In this document: one piece after another, positions 49,900 through 62,000 of the stretch | Layout of the letters: each line of letters opens with the position of its first letter | Numbering within the stretch: the stretch's first letter is position 1 | Source: Macrostomum lignano | Lineage: Eukaryota | Direction: 5' to 3' | Assembly: GCA_002269645.1 (NCBI GenBank) | Contig: NIVC01000781.1 | Span: 1-64,000 of the forward strand | DNA: 64,000 nt | The notes under the pieces: generated by a model | What the model was told of the DNA's origin: nothing | Seen by the model: the letters and a program-made list of their open reading frames with translations, nothing else | Database searches by the model: none | Made by a program: the position numbers and the translations under genes

Positions 49900-52800
49900 C
49901 GCCTCAAGCGCCATCAACTCCGCAGCCGCACCAATTCATGCCAGCTTATAATAACTATTCCTTTCAACAGATGCTGCTGCAACAGCAGCGCAGCGCCACT
50001 CCTGGCCAAACTGCCGACTCAACTGTCTTCCCTCATCATCCGCTGATCGATTATTTTGGCTCCTCACCGCCACCTCCGATGACCGTGCCGCCGCCTCCGC
50101 CTCCGCCGTCTCTTCAACAGCAGCAGCAGCAACAGCAGCATCCAACAGTCGCTGCTCCCATCCAGCCTCCTCAGATGATGTCGCAATTCAACGCCGCTGG
50201 TCTGTTTGGCCCCCCACCAGCTCATCACCAGAATTATCCTCCTATGCGATCGTCTAATCATCATCATCAGCTGATGCATCGAGGCGGCGCTCTGGGGCCG
50301 TCTAAAGATTCGCCAATGTCTGTTGCCAATGCCGCGACTGCGGCGGCTGCTGCCGCTGCTGCTGGCCGGTCTCGCCTGCTGGAAGATTTCCGGCAGAACC
50401 GCCTGCCCAATCTTAGCTTGAAAGATCTGGTCGCTGCCGGTCACGTGGTTGAGTTTGCTCTGGTGAGGCGCTGTGTAGCTGACGTGTTGGGATTGACATA
50501 GAGGAGCTGTGGCAGAGCAGGATGGACAGACAGGCAGGAGCTGTGGCAGAGCGGGGTGGACAGACAGGCAGGAGCTGTTGCAGAGCGGGGTGGACAGACA
50601 GACAGGAGCTGTGGCAGAGCGGGGTGGACAGACAGACAGGAGCTGTGACAGAGCGGGGTGGACAGACAGACAGAGGAGGTGTGGCAGAGCGAGCTGGACA
50701 GACAGACAGAGGAGGTGTGGCAGAGCGAGCTGGACAGACAGACAGAGGAGGTGTGGCAGAGCGAGCTGGACAGACAGACAGAGGAGGTGTGGCAGAGCGG
50801 GGTGGACAGACGGAGAGGAGCTGTGGCAGAGCGGGGTGGACAGACAGACAGACAGGAGCTGTGGCAGAGCGGGGTGGACAGACAGACAGACGGACAGGAG
50901 CTGTGGCAGAGCGGGGTGGACAGACAGACAGAAAGACAGGAGCTGTGGCAGAGGGGGTGGACAGACAGACAGAGGAGCTGCGACAGAGCGGGATGGGCAG
51001 ACAGACAGGAGCTGTGGCAGAGCGGGGTGGACAGACAAATGACCATAATATTCCCGCACTGCAGGACCAGCACGGCTCGCGGTTCATCCAACAGAAGCTG
51101 GAATCGGCCAGCCTTCAAGAGAAGACGCAGGTATTCGGCGAGCTGCTGCCGCAGTCCTACAGCTTAATGACTGACGTGTTTGGCAATTACGTGATTCAGA
51201 AATTCTTCGAATTTGGCACACCAGAGCAGCGGCAGATTCTGGCTAGTAGACTTCGCGGTCAGGTGTTGTCGCTGGCGCTGCAGATGTACGGCTGTCGGGT
51301 TATTCAGAAAGCCCTGGAGTCCGTGTCCTCCGACCAGCAGGTGGAAATTGCCAAAGAGTTGGACGGTAACGTGATAAAGTGCGTCAAAGATCAGAATGGC
51401 AATCACGTTGTACAAAAGTGCATCGAATGCGTTGAGCCAAGTAATCTGGACTTTATTATCGACGCGTTTAAGAATGAGGTAAGTTTATTTTGAATCGCTC
51501 AGATAAAATACCCACTCTGGACCTAAATCGCCTAGGATCTTTCTTTATCCAAGTCCGGCCTTCAAATCACCCCGTGTCTTTATCCAAGTCCGGCCTTCAA
51601 ATCACCCCGTGTCTTTATCCAAGTCCGGCCTTCAAATCACCCCGTGTCTTTATCCAAGTCCGGCCTTCAAATCACCCCGTGTCTTTATCCAAGTCCGGCC
51701 TTCAAATCACCCCGTGTCTTTATCCAAGTCCGGCCTTCAAATCACCCCGTGTCTTTATCCAAGTCCGGCCTTCAAATCACCCCGTGTCTTTATCCAAGTC
51801 CGGCCTTCAAATCACCCCGTGTCTTTATCCAAGTCCGGCCTTCAAATCACCCCGTGTCTTTATCCAAGTCCGGCCTTCAAATCACCCCGTGTCTTTATCC
51901 AAGTCCGGCCTTCAAATCACCCCGTGTCTTTATCCAAGTCCGGCCTTCAAATCACCCCGTGTCTTTATCCAAGTCCGGCCTTCAAATCACCAATTGTCTT
52001 TATTCGAAATCTCATAGAATCTGATACAAATTCGCTTGCGGTTTCCTCTTCAGGTATTCTCTCTGTCCACTCATCCGTACGGTTGCCGCGTGATCCAACG
52101 CATACTGGAGCACTGCACGCCGAGCCAAACCCAGCCAATACTGGACGAATTGCATCAGTACACTGAGCGCCTGGTGCAGGATCAGTACGGAAACTACGTG
52201 ATTCAGGTGAGTCGTGCGAGCTATTATCATTTTTTGGTGGGTGTCATTATTAAATTTACCAATGCTATGTGCACGTATGTAACTTACCTATTAATGCACC
52301 TGAATTACCCATGTAGCGTTGTATGCGTCCTTACATAAACCCTGTTTTATTGTTGTTAGTCTCCTTAAATGTCCTCTAGTACTATAAGCATGCCTTTAAA
52401 TGACCCTTCTGTAGTATTACACGCGTGTCCTTAAATGACCCCACTGCAGTATTACACGCCTGTCCTTAAATGACCCCACTGCAGTATTACACTCCTGTCC
52501 TTAAATGACCCCACTGCAGTATTACACGGGTGTCCTTAAACGACCCCACTATAGTATTACTATGACCCCACTGCAGTATTACACGGGTGTCCTTAAATGT
52601 CCCCATTGCAGTATTACACGGGTGTCCTTAAATGACCCCATTGCAGTATTACACGGGTGTCCTTAAATGACGCCACTGCAGTATTACACGGGTGTCCTTA
52701 AATGACCCCACTGCAGTATTACACGGGTGTCCTTAAATGACCCCACTGCAGTATTACACGGGTGTCCTTAAATTTCCCCATTGCAGTATTACACGGGTGT

Positions 52801-53477
52801 CCTTAAATGACCCCACTGCAGTATTACACGGGTGTCCTTAAATGACCCCACTGCAGTATTGCACGCGTGTCCTTAAACGACCCCACTATAGTATTACTAT
52901 GACCCCACTGTAGTATTACACGCGTGTCCTTAAATGACCCTTGTATTATTGCATGCCTAACCTTCAATGACCCCTGTCCTTAAATGACCCCCAACCCTCA
53001 CCCCTCCCTCAATGTCAGCACGTGCTGGAGCACGGCAAGCCGGAAGACAAGAGCCGCATCGTGAGCCTATTGCGCGGCAAATTCATTTCGCTATCGTCGC
53101 ACAAATTCGCCAGCAATGTTATTGAAAAAGTGGTCGCCCACTCGAGTCGACAGGAGCGCCAGGCTTTGATAGCCGAAATACTGGACGATCCGGATCCGCA
53201 AGCTCTGTACAATATGATGAAGGATCAGTTTGCCAATTACGTCATCCAGCGGATGCTGGACGCTGCGGATCCGGGCCAGCGCAAGGCCCTGATGCACCGG
53301 ATCCGGCCGCACATACCCGGGCTGAGGAAGTTCACCTACGGCAAGCATATTATAGCTAAAATTGAAAAGTACTTTTTGAAATCTGGCGAAGGACAGCAGC
53401 AGCATCAGCAAGACTTGGACGGGTACTCAAGCGGCGCCAGCAGTCTTAACAGCAGCCAAAACAATGGCGGATTATAA
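47716..53477 (+). CDS. PUM: Pumilio (PUF-family RNA-binding protein), 5 exons, about 934 aa
   Basis: Exons 47716-48357, 49326-50462, 51065-51478, 52054-52206, 53019-53477, all phase 0. [13 protein letters not shown] precedes eight PUF repeats with recognition motifs SRFIQ, NYVIQ, CRVIQ, NHVVQ, CRVIQ, NYVIQ, SNVIE, NYVIQ, ending [13 protein letters not shown]. The N-terminus is Q/G/P-rich. Confidence 0.96.
48465..49190 (+). repeat. Compound (TGTC)n / TGTGTGCATGCCTGTT repeat in Pumilio intron 1
   Basis: Read directly. Confidence 0.9.
50500..51035 (+). repeat. About 34-bp minisatellite (GGAGCTGTGGCAGAGCGGGGTGGACAGACAGACA)n in Pumilio intron 2
   Basis: Read directly. Confidence 0.9.
51545..51990 (+). 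repeat. 35-bp minisatellite (ATCCAAGTCCGGCCTTCAAATCACCCCGTGTCTTT)n in Pumilio intron 3
   Basis: Read directly; units are essentially identical. Confidence 0.95.
52380..52995 (+). repeat. 35-bp minisatellite (CCTTAAATGACCCCACTGCAGTATTACACGGGTGT)n in Pumilio intron 4
   Basis: Read directly. Confidence 0.92.
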
Positions 53478-53776
53478 TTACTTATTCATTGTTTCCTTTT
53501 GGTTAGTTCCCAATCTAATTAGTGTGCTCTATATTTATATATTTATCATCTAATGGAATCGGTGATCCCGCCATCTTGTCTTCCCTGTAAATCAATAGGT
53601 TGTTGCGGTTGTGCTGGGTTGTTGTCATGTCATTAAATTCCCTGTCGATAACTGACTGGTTTGCTACTAGTTATACTACTGGTAATTAGTTTATTTAGTA
53701 GTATGCTCTTAATCTTATTTACTTGATAGAGTTGAACATGTCAATCTTATAGTTAAATTGTGAATGGTATCATAAT

Positions 53777-55255
53777 CATTAGTGACAGCGTGAACAGTGA
53801 GTGATTATCATTAGTGACAGCGTGAACAGTGAGTGATTATCATTAGTGACAGCGTGAACAGTCAGTGATTATCATTAGTGACAGCGTGAACAGTGAGTGA
53901 TTATCATTATTGACAGCGTGAACAGTGAGTGATTATCATTATTGACAGCGTGAACAGTGAGTGATTATCATTAGTGACAGCGTGAACAGTCAGTGATTAT
54001 CATTAGTGACAGCGTGAACAGTGAGTGATTATCATTAGTGACAGCGTGAACAGTCAGTGATTATCATTAGTGACAGCGTGAACAGTGAGTGATTATCATT
54101 AGTGACAGCGTGAACAGTCAGTGATTATCATTAGTGACAGCGTGAACAGTGAGTGATTATCATTATTGACAGCGTGAACAGTGAGTGATTATCATTATTG
54201 ACAGCGTGAACAGTGAGTGATTATCATTAGTGACAGCGTGAACAGTCAGTGATTATCATTAGTGACAGCGTGAACAGTGAGTGATTATCATTAGTGACAG
54301 CGTGAACAGTCAGTGATTATCATTAGTGACAGCGTGAACAGTGAGTGATTATCATTAGTGACAGCGTGAACAGTCAGTGATTATCATTAGTGACAGCGTG
54401 AACAGTCAGTGATTATCATTAGTGACAGCGTGAACAGTCAGTGATTATCATTAGTGACAGCGTGAACAGTCAGTGATTATCATTAGTAACAGCGTGAACA
54501 GTGAGTGATTATCATTAGTGACAGCGTGAACAGTCAGTGATTATCATTAGTGACAGCGTGAACAGTCAGTGATTATCATTAGTGACAGCGTGAACAGTGA
54601 GTGATTATCATTAGTGACAGCGTGAACAGTCAGTGATTATCATTAGTGACAGCGTGAACAGTCAGTGATTATCATTAGTGACAGCGTGAACAGTCAGTGA
54701 TTACCATTAGTGACAGCGTGAACAGTCAGTGATTATCATTAGTGACAGCGTGAACAGTCAGTGATTACCATTAGTGACAGCGTGAACAGTGAGTGATTAT
54801 CATTAGTGACAGCGTGAACAGTGAGTGATTATCATTAGTGACAGCGTGAACAGTCAGTGATTACCATTAGTGACAGCGTGAACAGTCAGTGATTACCATT
54901 AGTGACAGCGTGAACAGTCAGTGATTACCATTAGTGACAGCGTGAACAGTCAGTGATTTTCATTAGTGACAGCGTGAACAGTCAGTGATTACCATTAGTG
55001 ACAGCGTGAACAGTCAGTGATTACCATTAGTGACAGCGTGAACAGTCAGTGATTACCATTAGTGACAGCGTGAACAGTCAGTGATTTTCATTAGTGACAG
55101 CGTGAACAGTCAGTGATTATCATTAGTGACAGCGTGAACAGTCAGTGATTATCATTAGTGACAGCGTGAACAGTCAGTGATTATCATTAGTGACAGCGTG
55201 AACAGTCAGTGATTACCATTAGTGACAGCGTGAACAGTCAGTGATTTTCATTACT
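53777..55255 (+). repeat. 32-bp minisatellite (CATTAGTGACAGCGTGAACAGT(G/C)AGTGATTAT)n, about 46 units
   Basis: Read directly; begins about 300 bp after the Pumilio stop codon. Confidence 0.96.
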
Positions 55256-56094
55256 GAACTCTGAAAGGAGTTTATTTGTAATAAGAAGCGGAATTTAGCG
55301 GAATTGACTCACCATTCTACTGATTAGTAGTTAAAGCAGCAAGGAGACTTGTAGTTTGCATTCAGAATTGGAACTCCAGCCAACCGTTTTACCTTTGAAG
55401 TCACTCTGTATAATTAATTTCATTTTCTATCGAGTTAGTTTAGCAGCTTTACTTATAATTTTTCAATTGTTTTGAACTTCTTTCCTCTAATCTGTCAACA
55501 TCTGTCTCTGAAGTGTCTGTCCTTGTGAGCACCGACTTGCACTATCATTTTTGTCTCGGGCACTGAACTGCTAATGCTAATTTGTGTTTTTTGCTGTAAT
55601 TTTATTTATTTTAATATGAAGCTCCTATTAGTAAATGCCCCCCGGCACATGGTGTAATTATGTATCATATTGTATTTATTGTATAGTATTTTAAACTGTG
55701 CGTTTTGTTGTCCTTCATTGTTTTAATCATCAGCACAATACATAGCCTAGCCGTTAACTGTGCTTGATTGAGCAAAATGAATCAGTAATTTTTGAAGCAA
55801 TTTCACTCCCAAGGCAAGCATTAATGATTAATGAATGTGAATAATTGTATTTTGTAATTCCCTGAATCATATTTATCCATTCACCTTTAATTTTGTCTTA
55901 TTAATACATTAACAATATAATTATCAAAATTGCAACAATTTCCTACTGTGGTGCAAGTTAATCCATTCTCGGTGCGGGACTGCTTAACGAAATCTCTTAC
56001 TCGTCTGCTTGTTTTAGTGTCTTCTGCTTTTTGCTTTTTTGAAGCTTTTCTGCTTCTGGTGATTGTTGTTTACCGAATGAGACCTGTGTCATCC

Positions 56095-59000
56095 ACGAAC
56101 TTATCTACCCTCTCAGTGTCTACCTTCTCACCCACTCCCCTATCTACCCTCTGAGTGTCTACCCTCTCATCCACTCCCCTATCTATCTCAGTGTCTACCT
56201 TCTCATCCACTCCCCTGTCTATCTCAGTGTCTACCTTCTCATCCACTCCCCTGTCTATCTCAGTGTCTACCTTCTCATCCACTCCCCTGTCTATCTCAGT
56301 GTCTACCTTCTCATCCACTCCCCTGTCTATCTCAGTGTCTACCTTCTCATCCACTCCCCTGTCTATCTCAGTGTCTACCTTCTCATCCACTCCCCTGTCT
56401 ATCTCAGTGTCTACCTTCTCATCCACTCCCCTGTCTATCTCAGTGTCTACCTTCTCATCCACTCCCCTGTCTATCTCAGTGTCTACCTTCTCATCCACTC
56501 CCCTGTCTATCTCAGTGTCTACCTTCTCATCCACTCCCCTGTCTATCTCAGTGTCTACCTTCTCATCCACTCCCCTGTCTATCTCAGTGTCTACCTTCTC
56601 ATCCACTCCCCTGTCTATCTCAGTGTCTACCTTCTCATCCACTCCCCTGTCTATCTCAGTGTCTACCTTCTCATCCACTCCCCTGTCTATCTCAGTGTCT
56701 ACCTTCTCATCCACTCCCCTATCTATCCGTTAAGTGTCTACCTTCTCATCCACTCCCCTGTCTATCTCAGTGTCTACCTTCTCATCCACTCCCCTGTCTA
56801 TCTCAGTGTCTACCTTCTCATCCACTCCCCTGTCTATCTCAGTGTCTACCTTCTCATCCACTCCCCTGTCTATCTCAGTGTCTACCTTCTCATCCACTCC
56901 CCTGTCTATCTCAGTGTCTACCTTCTCATCCACTCCCCTGTCTATCTCAGTGTCTACCTTCTCATCCACTCCCCTGTCTATCTCAGTGTCTACCTTCTCA
57001 TCCACTCCCCTATCTATCCGTTAAGTGTCTACCTTCTCATCCACTCCCCTGTCTATCTCAGTGTCTACCTTCTCATCCACTCCCCTGTCTATCTCAGTGT
57101 CTACCTTCTCATCCACTCCCCTATCTATCCGTTAAGTGTCTACCTTCTCATCCACTCCCCTGTCTATCTCAGTGTCTACCTTCTCATCCACTCCCCTGTC
57201 TATCTCAGTGTCTACCTTATCATCCACTCCCCTATCTATCTCCGTTTCTACCTTCTCATCCACTCCCCTGTCTATCTCAGTGTCTACCTTCTCACCCACT
57301 CCCCTATCTACCCGTTAAGTGTCTACCTTATCATCCACTCCCCTATCTACCCTCTGAGTGTCTACCCTCTCATCCACTCCCCTATCTATTCTACCCTCTG
57401 AGTGTCTACCTTATCATCCACTCCCCTATCTACCCTCTGAGTGTCTACCTTCTCATCCACTCCCCTATCTATCTCAGTGTCTACCTTCTCATCCACTCCC
57501 CTATCTATCTCCTTTGTCTACCTCTCATCCACTCCCCTGTCTATCTCAGTGTCTACCTTCTCATCCACTCCCCTGTCTATCTCAGTGTCTACCTTCTCAT
57601 CCACTCCCCTGTCTATCTCAGTGTCTACCTTCTCATCCACTCCCCTATCTACCCGTTAAGTGTCTACCTTATCATCCACTCCCCTATCTATCTCAGTTTC
57701 TACCTTCTCATCCACTCCCCTGTCTATCTCAGTGTCTACCTTCTCATCCACTCCCCTGTCTATCTCAGTGTCTACCTTCTCATCCACTCCCCTATCTACC
57801 CGTTAAGTGTCTACCTTATCATCCACTCCCCTATCTATCTCCGTTTCTACCTTCTCATCCACTCCCCTGTCTATCTCAGTGTCTACCTTCTCATCCACTC
57901 CCCTATCTACCCGTTAAGTGTCTACCTTCTCATCCACTCCCCTATCTACCCTCTGAGTGTCTACCTCTCATCCACTCCCCTATCTACCCTCTGAGTGTCT
58001 ACCTTATCATCCACTCCCCTATCTACCCTCTGAGTGTCTACCTTCTCATCCACTCCCCTATCTACCCTCTGAGTGTCTACCTTCTCATCCACTCCCCTAT
58101 CTATCTGAGTGTCTACCCTCTCATCCACTCCCCTATCTATCTGAGTGTCTACCTTCTCATCCACTCCCCTATCTATCTGAGTGTCTACCCTCTCATCCAC
58201 TCCCCTATCTACCCTCTGAGTGTCTACCTTCTCATCCACTCCCCTATCTATCTCCTTTTCTACCCTCTCATCCACTCCCCTATCTACCCTCTCAGTGTCT
58301 ACCTTCTCATCCACTCCCCTATCTATCTCAGTGTCTACCTTCTCACCCACTCCCCTATCTACCCTCTGAGTGTCTACCTCTCATCCACTCCCCTATCTAT
58401 CTCCTTTTCTACCCTCTCATCCACTCCCCTATCTACCCTCTCAGTGTCTACCTTCTCATCCACTCCCCTATCTATCTCAGTGTCTACCTTCTCACCCACT
58501 CCCCTATCTACCCTCTGAGTGTCTACCCTCTCATCCACTCCCCTATCTATCTGAGTGTCTACCCTCTCATCCACTCCCCTATCTATCTCAGTGTCTACCT
58601 TCTCATCCACTCCCCTGTCTATCTCAGTGTCTACCTTCTCATCCACTCCCCTGTCTATCTCAGTGTCTACCTTCTCATCCACTCCCCTGTCTATCTCAGT
58701 GTCTACCTTCTCATCCACTCCCCTGTCTATCTCAGTGTCTACCTTCTCATCCACTCCCCTATCTACCCGTTAAGTGTCTACCTTATCATCCACTCCCCTA
58801 TCTATCTCCGTTTCTACCTTCTCATCCACTCCCCTGTCTATCTCAGTGTCTACCTTCTCATCCACTCCCCTGTCTATCTCAGTGTCTACCTTCTCATCCA
58901 CTCCCCTATCTACCCGTTAAGTGTCTACCTTATCATCCACTCCCCTATCTATCTCCGTTTCTACCTTCTCATCCACTCCCCTGTCTATCTCAGTGTCTAC

Positions 59001-62000
59001 CTTCTCATCCACTCCCCTGTCTATCTCAGTGTCTACCTTCTCATCCACTCCCCTATCTACCCGTTAAGTGTCTACCTTATCATCCACTCCCCTATCTATC
59101 TCCGTTTCTACCTTCTCATCCACTCCCCTGTCTATCTCAGTGTCTACCTTCTCATCCACTCCCCTGTCTATCTCAGTGTCTACCTTCTCATCCACTCCCC
59201 TATCTACCCTCTGAGTGTCTACCTCTCATCCACTCCCCTATCTACCCTCTGAGTGTCTACCTTATCATCCACTCCCCTATCTACCCTCTGAGTGTCTACC
59301 TTCTCATCCACTCCCCTATCTATCTGAGTGTCTACCTTCTCATCCACTCCCCTATCTATCTGAGTGTCTACCCTCTCATCCACTCCCCTATCTACCCTCT
59401 GAGTGTCTACCTTCTCATCCACTCCCCTATCTATCTCAGTGTCTACCTTCTCATCCACTCCCCTATCTATCTCCTTTTCTACCTCTCATCACTCCCCTGT
59501 CTATCTCAGTGTCTACCTTCTCATCCACTCCCCTGTCTATCTCAGTGTCTACCTTCTCATCCACTCCCCTGTCTATCTCAGTGTCTACCTTCTCATCCAC
59601 TCCCCTGTCTATCTCAGTGTCTACCTTCTCATCCACTCCCCTATCTACCCGTTAAGTGTCTACCTTATCATCCACTCCCCTATCTATCTCAGTTTCTACC
59701 TTCTCATCCACTCCCCTGTCTATCTCAGTGTCTACCTTCTCATCCACTCCCCTGTCTATCTCAGTGTCTACCTTCTCATCCACTCCCCTATCTACCCGTT
59801 AAGTGTCTACCTTATCATCCACTCCCCTATCTATCTCCGTTTCTACCTTCTCATCCACTCCCCTGTCTATCTCAGTGTCTACCTTCTCATCCACTCCCCT
59901 ATCTACCCGTTAAGTGTCTACCTTATCATCCACTCCCCTATCTACCCTCTGAGTGTCTACCCTCTCATCCACTCCCCTATCTACCCTCTGAGTGTCTACC
60001 TTATCATCCACTCCCCTATCTACCCTCTGAGTGTCTACCTTCTCATCCACTCCCCTATCTACCCTCTGAGTGTCTACCTTCTCATCCACTCCCCTATCTA
60101 TCTGAGTGTCTACCCTCTCATCCACTCCCCTATCTATCTGAGTGTCTACCTTCTCATCCACTCCCCTATCTATCTGAGTGTCTACTCTCTCATCCACTCC
60201 CCTATCTACCCTCTGAGTGTCTACCTTCTCATCCACTCCCCTATCTATCTCCTTTTCTACCCTCTCATCCACTCCCCTATCTACCCTCTCAGTGTCTACC
60301 TTCTCATCCACTCCCCTATCTATCTCAGTGTCTACCTTCTCACCCACTCCCCTATCTACCCTCTGAGTGTCTACCCTCTCATCCACTCCCCTATCTATCT
60401 CCTTTTCTACCCTCTCATCCACTCCCCTATCTACCCTCTCAGTGTCTACCTTCTCATCCACTCCCCTATCTATCTCAGTGTCTACCTTCTCACCCACTCC
60501 CCTATCTACCCTCTGAGTGTCTACCCTCTCATCCACTCCCCTATCTATCTGAGTGTCTACCCTCTCATCCACTCCCCTATCTATCTCAGTGTCTACCTTC
60601 TCATCCACTCCCCTATCTATCTGAGTGTCTACCTTCTCATCCACTCCCCTATCTACCCTCTGAGTGTCTACCCTCTCATCCACTCCCCTATCTATCTCCT
60701 TTTCTACCCTCTCATCCACTCCACTATCTACCCTCTCAGTGTCTACCTTCTCATCCACTCCCCTATCTATCTGAGTGTCTACCTTCTCATCCACTCCCCT
60801 ATCTATCTCCTTTTCTACCTTCTCACCCACTCCCCTATCTATCTGAGTGTCTACCTTCTCATCCACTCCCCTATCTATCTCAGTGTCTACCTTCTCATCC
60901 ACTCCCCTATCTATCTGAGTGTCTACCTTCTCACCCACTCCCCTATCTATATCCTTTTCTACCTTCTCATCCACTCCCCTATCTATCTCAGTGTCTACCT
61001 TCTCATCCACTCCCCTATCTATCTCAGTGTCTACCCTCTTACCCACTCCCCTATCTACCCTCTGAGTGTCTACCTTCTCATCCACTCCCCTATCTATCTG
61101 AGTGTCTACCTTCTCACCCACTCCCCTATCTATCTCCTTTTCTACCTTCTCATCCACTCCCCTATCTACCCTCTGAGTGTCTACCCTCTCATCCACTCCC
61201 CTATCTACCCTCTCAGTGTCTACCTTCTCATCCACTCCCCTATCTATCTGAGTGTCTACCTTCTCATCCACTCCCCTATCTATCTGAGTGTCTACCTTCT
61301 CATCCACTCCCCTATCTATCTCAGTGTCTACCTTCTCATCCACTCCCCTGTCTATCTCAGTGTCTACCTTCTCATCCACTCCCCTGTCTATCTCAGTGTC
61401 TACCTTCTCATCCACTCCCCTGTCTATCTCAGTGTCTACCTTCTCATCCACTCCCCTGTCTATCTCAGTGTCTACCTTCTCATCCACTCCCCTATCTACC
61501 CGTTAAGTGTCTACCTTATCATCCACTCCCCTATCTATCTCCGTTTCTACCTTCTCATCCACTCCCCTGTCTATCTCAGTGTCTACCTTCTCATCCACTC
61601 CCCTGTCTATCTCAGTGTCTACCTTCTCATCCACTCCCCTATCTACCCGTTAAGTGTCTACCTTATCATCCACTCCCCTATCTATCTCCGTTTCTACCTT
61701 CTCATCCACTCCCCTGTCTATCTCAGTGTCTACCTTCTCATCCACTCCCCTGTCTATCTCAGTGTCTACCTTCTCATCCACTCCCCTATCTACCCGTTAA
61801 GTGTCTACCTTATCATCCACTCCCCTATCTATCTCCGTTTCTACCTTCTCATCCACTCCCCTGTCTATCTCAGTGTCTACCTTCTCATCCACTCCCCTGT
61901 CTATCTCAGTGTCTACCTTCTCATCCACTCCCCTATCTACCCTCTGAGTGTCTACCCTCTCATCCACTCCCCTATCTACCCTCTGAGTGTCTACCTTATC

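Noticed and set aside
53777-55255. CRISPR-like regular array
   Set aside because: Units are contiguous with no unique spacers, there are no cas genes, and the context is eukaryotic.
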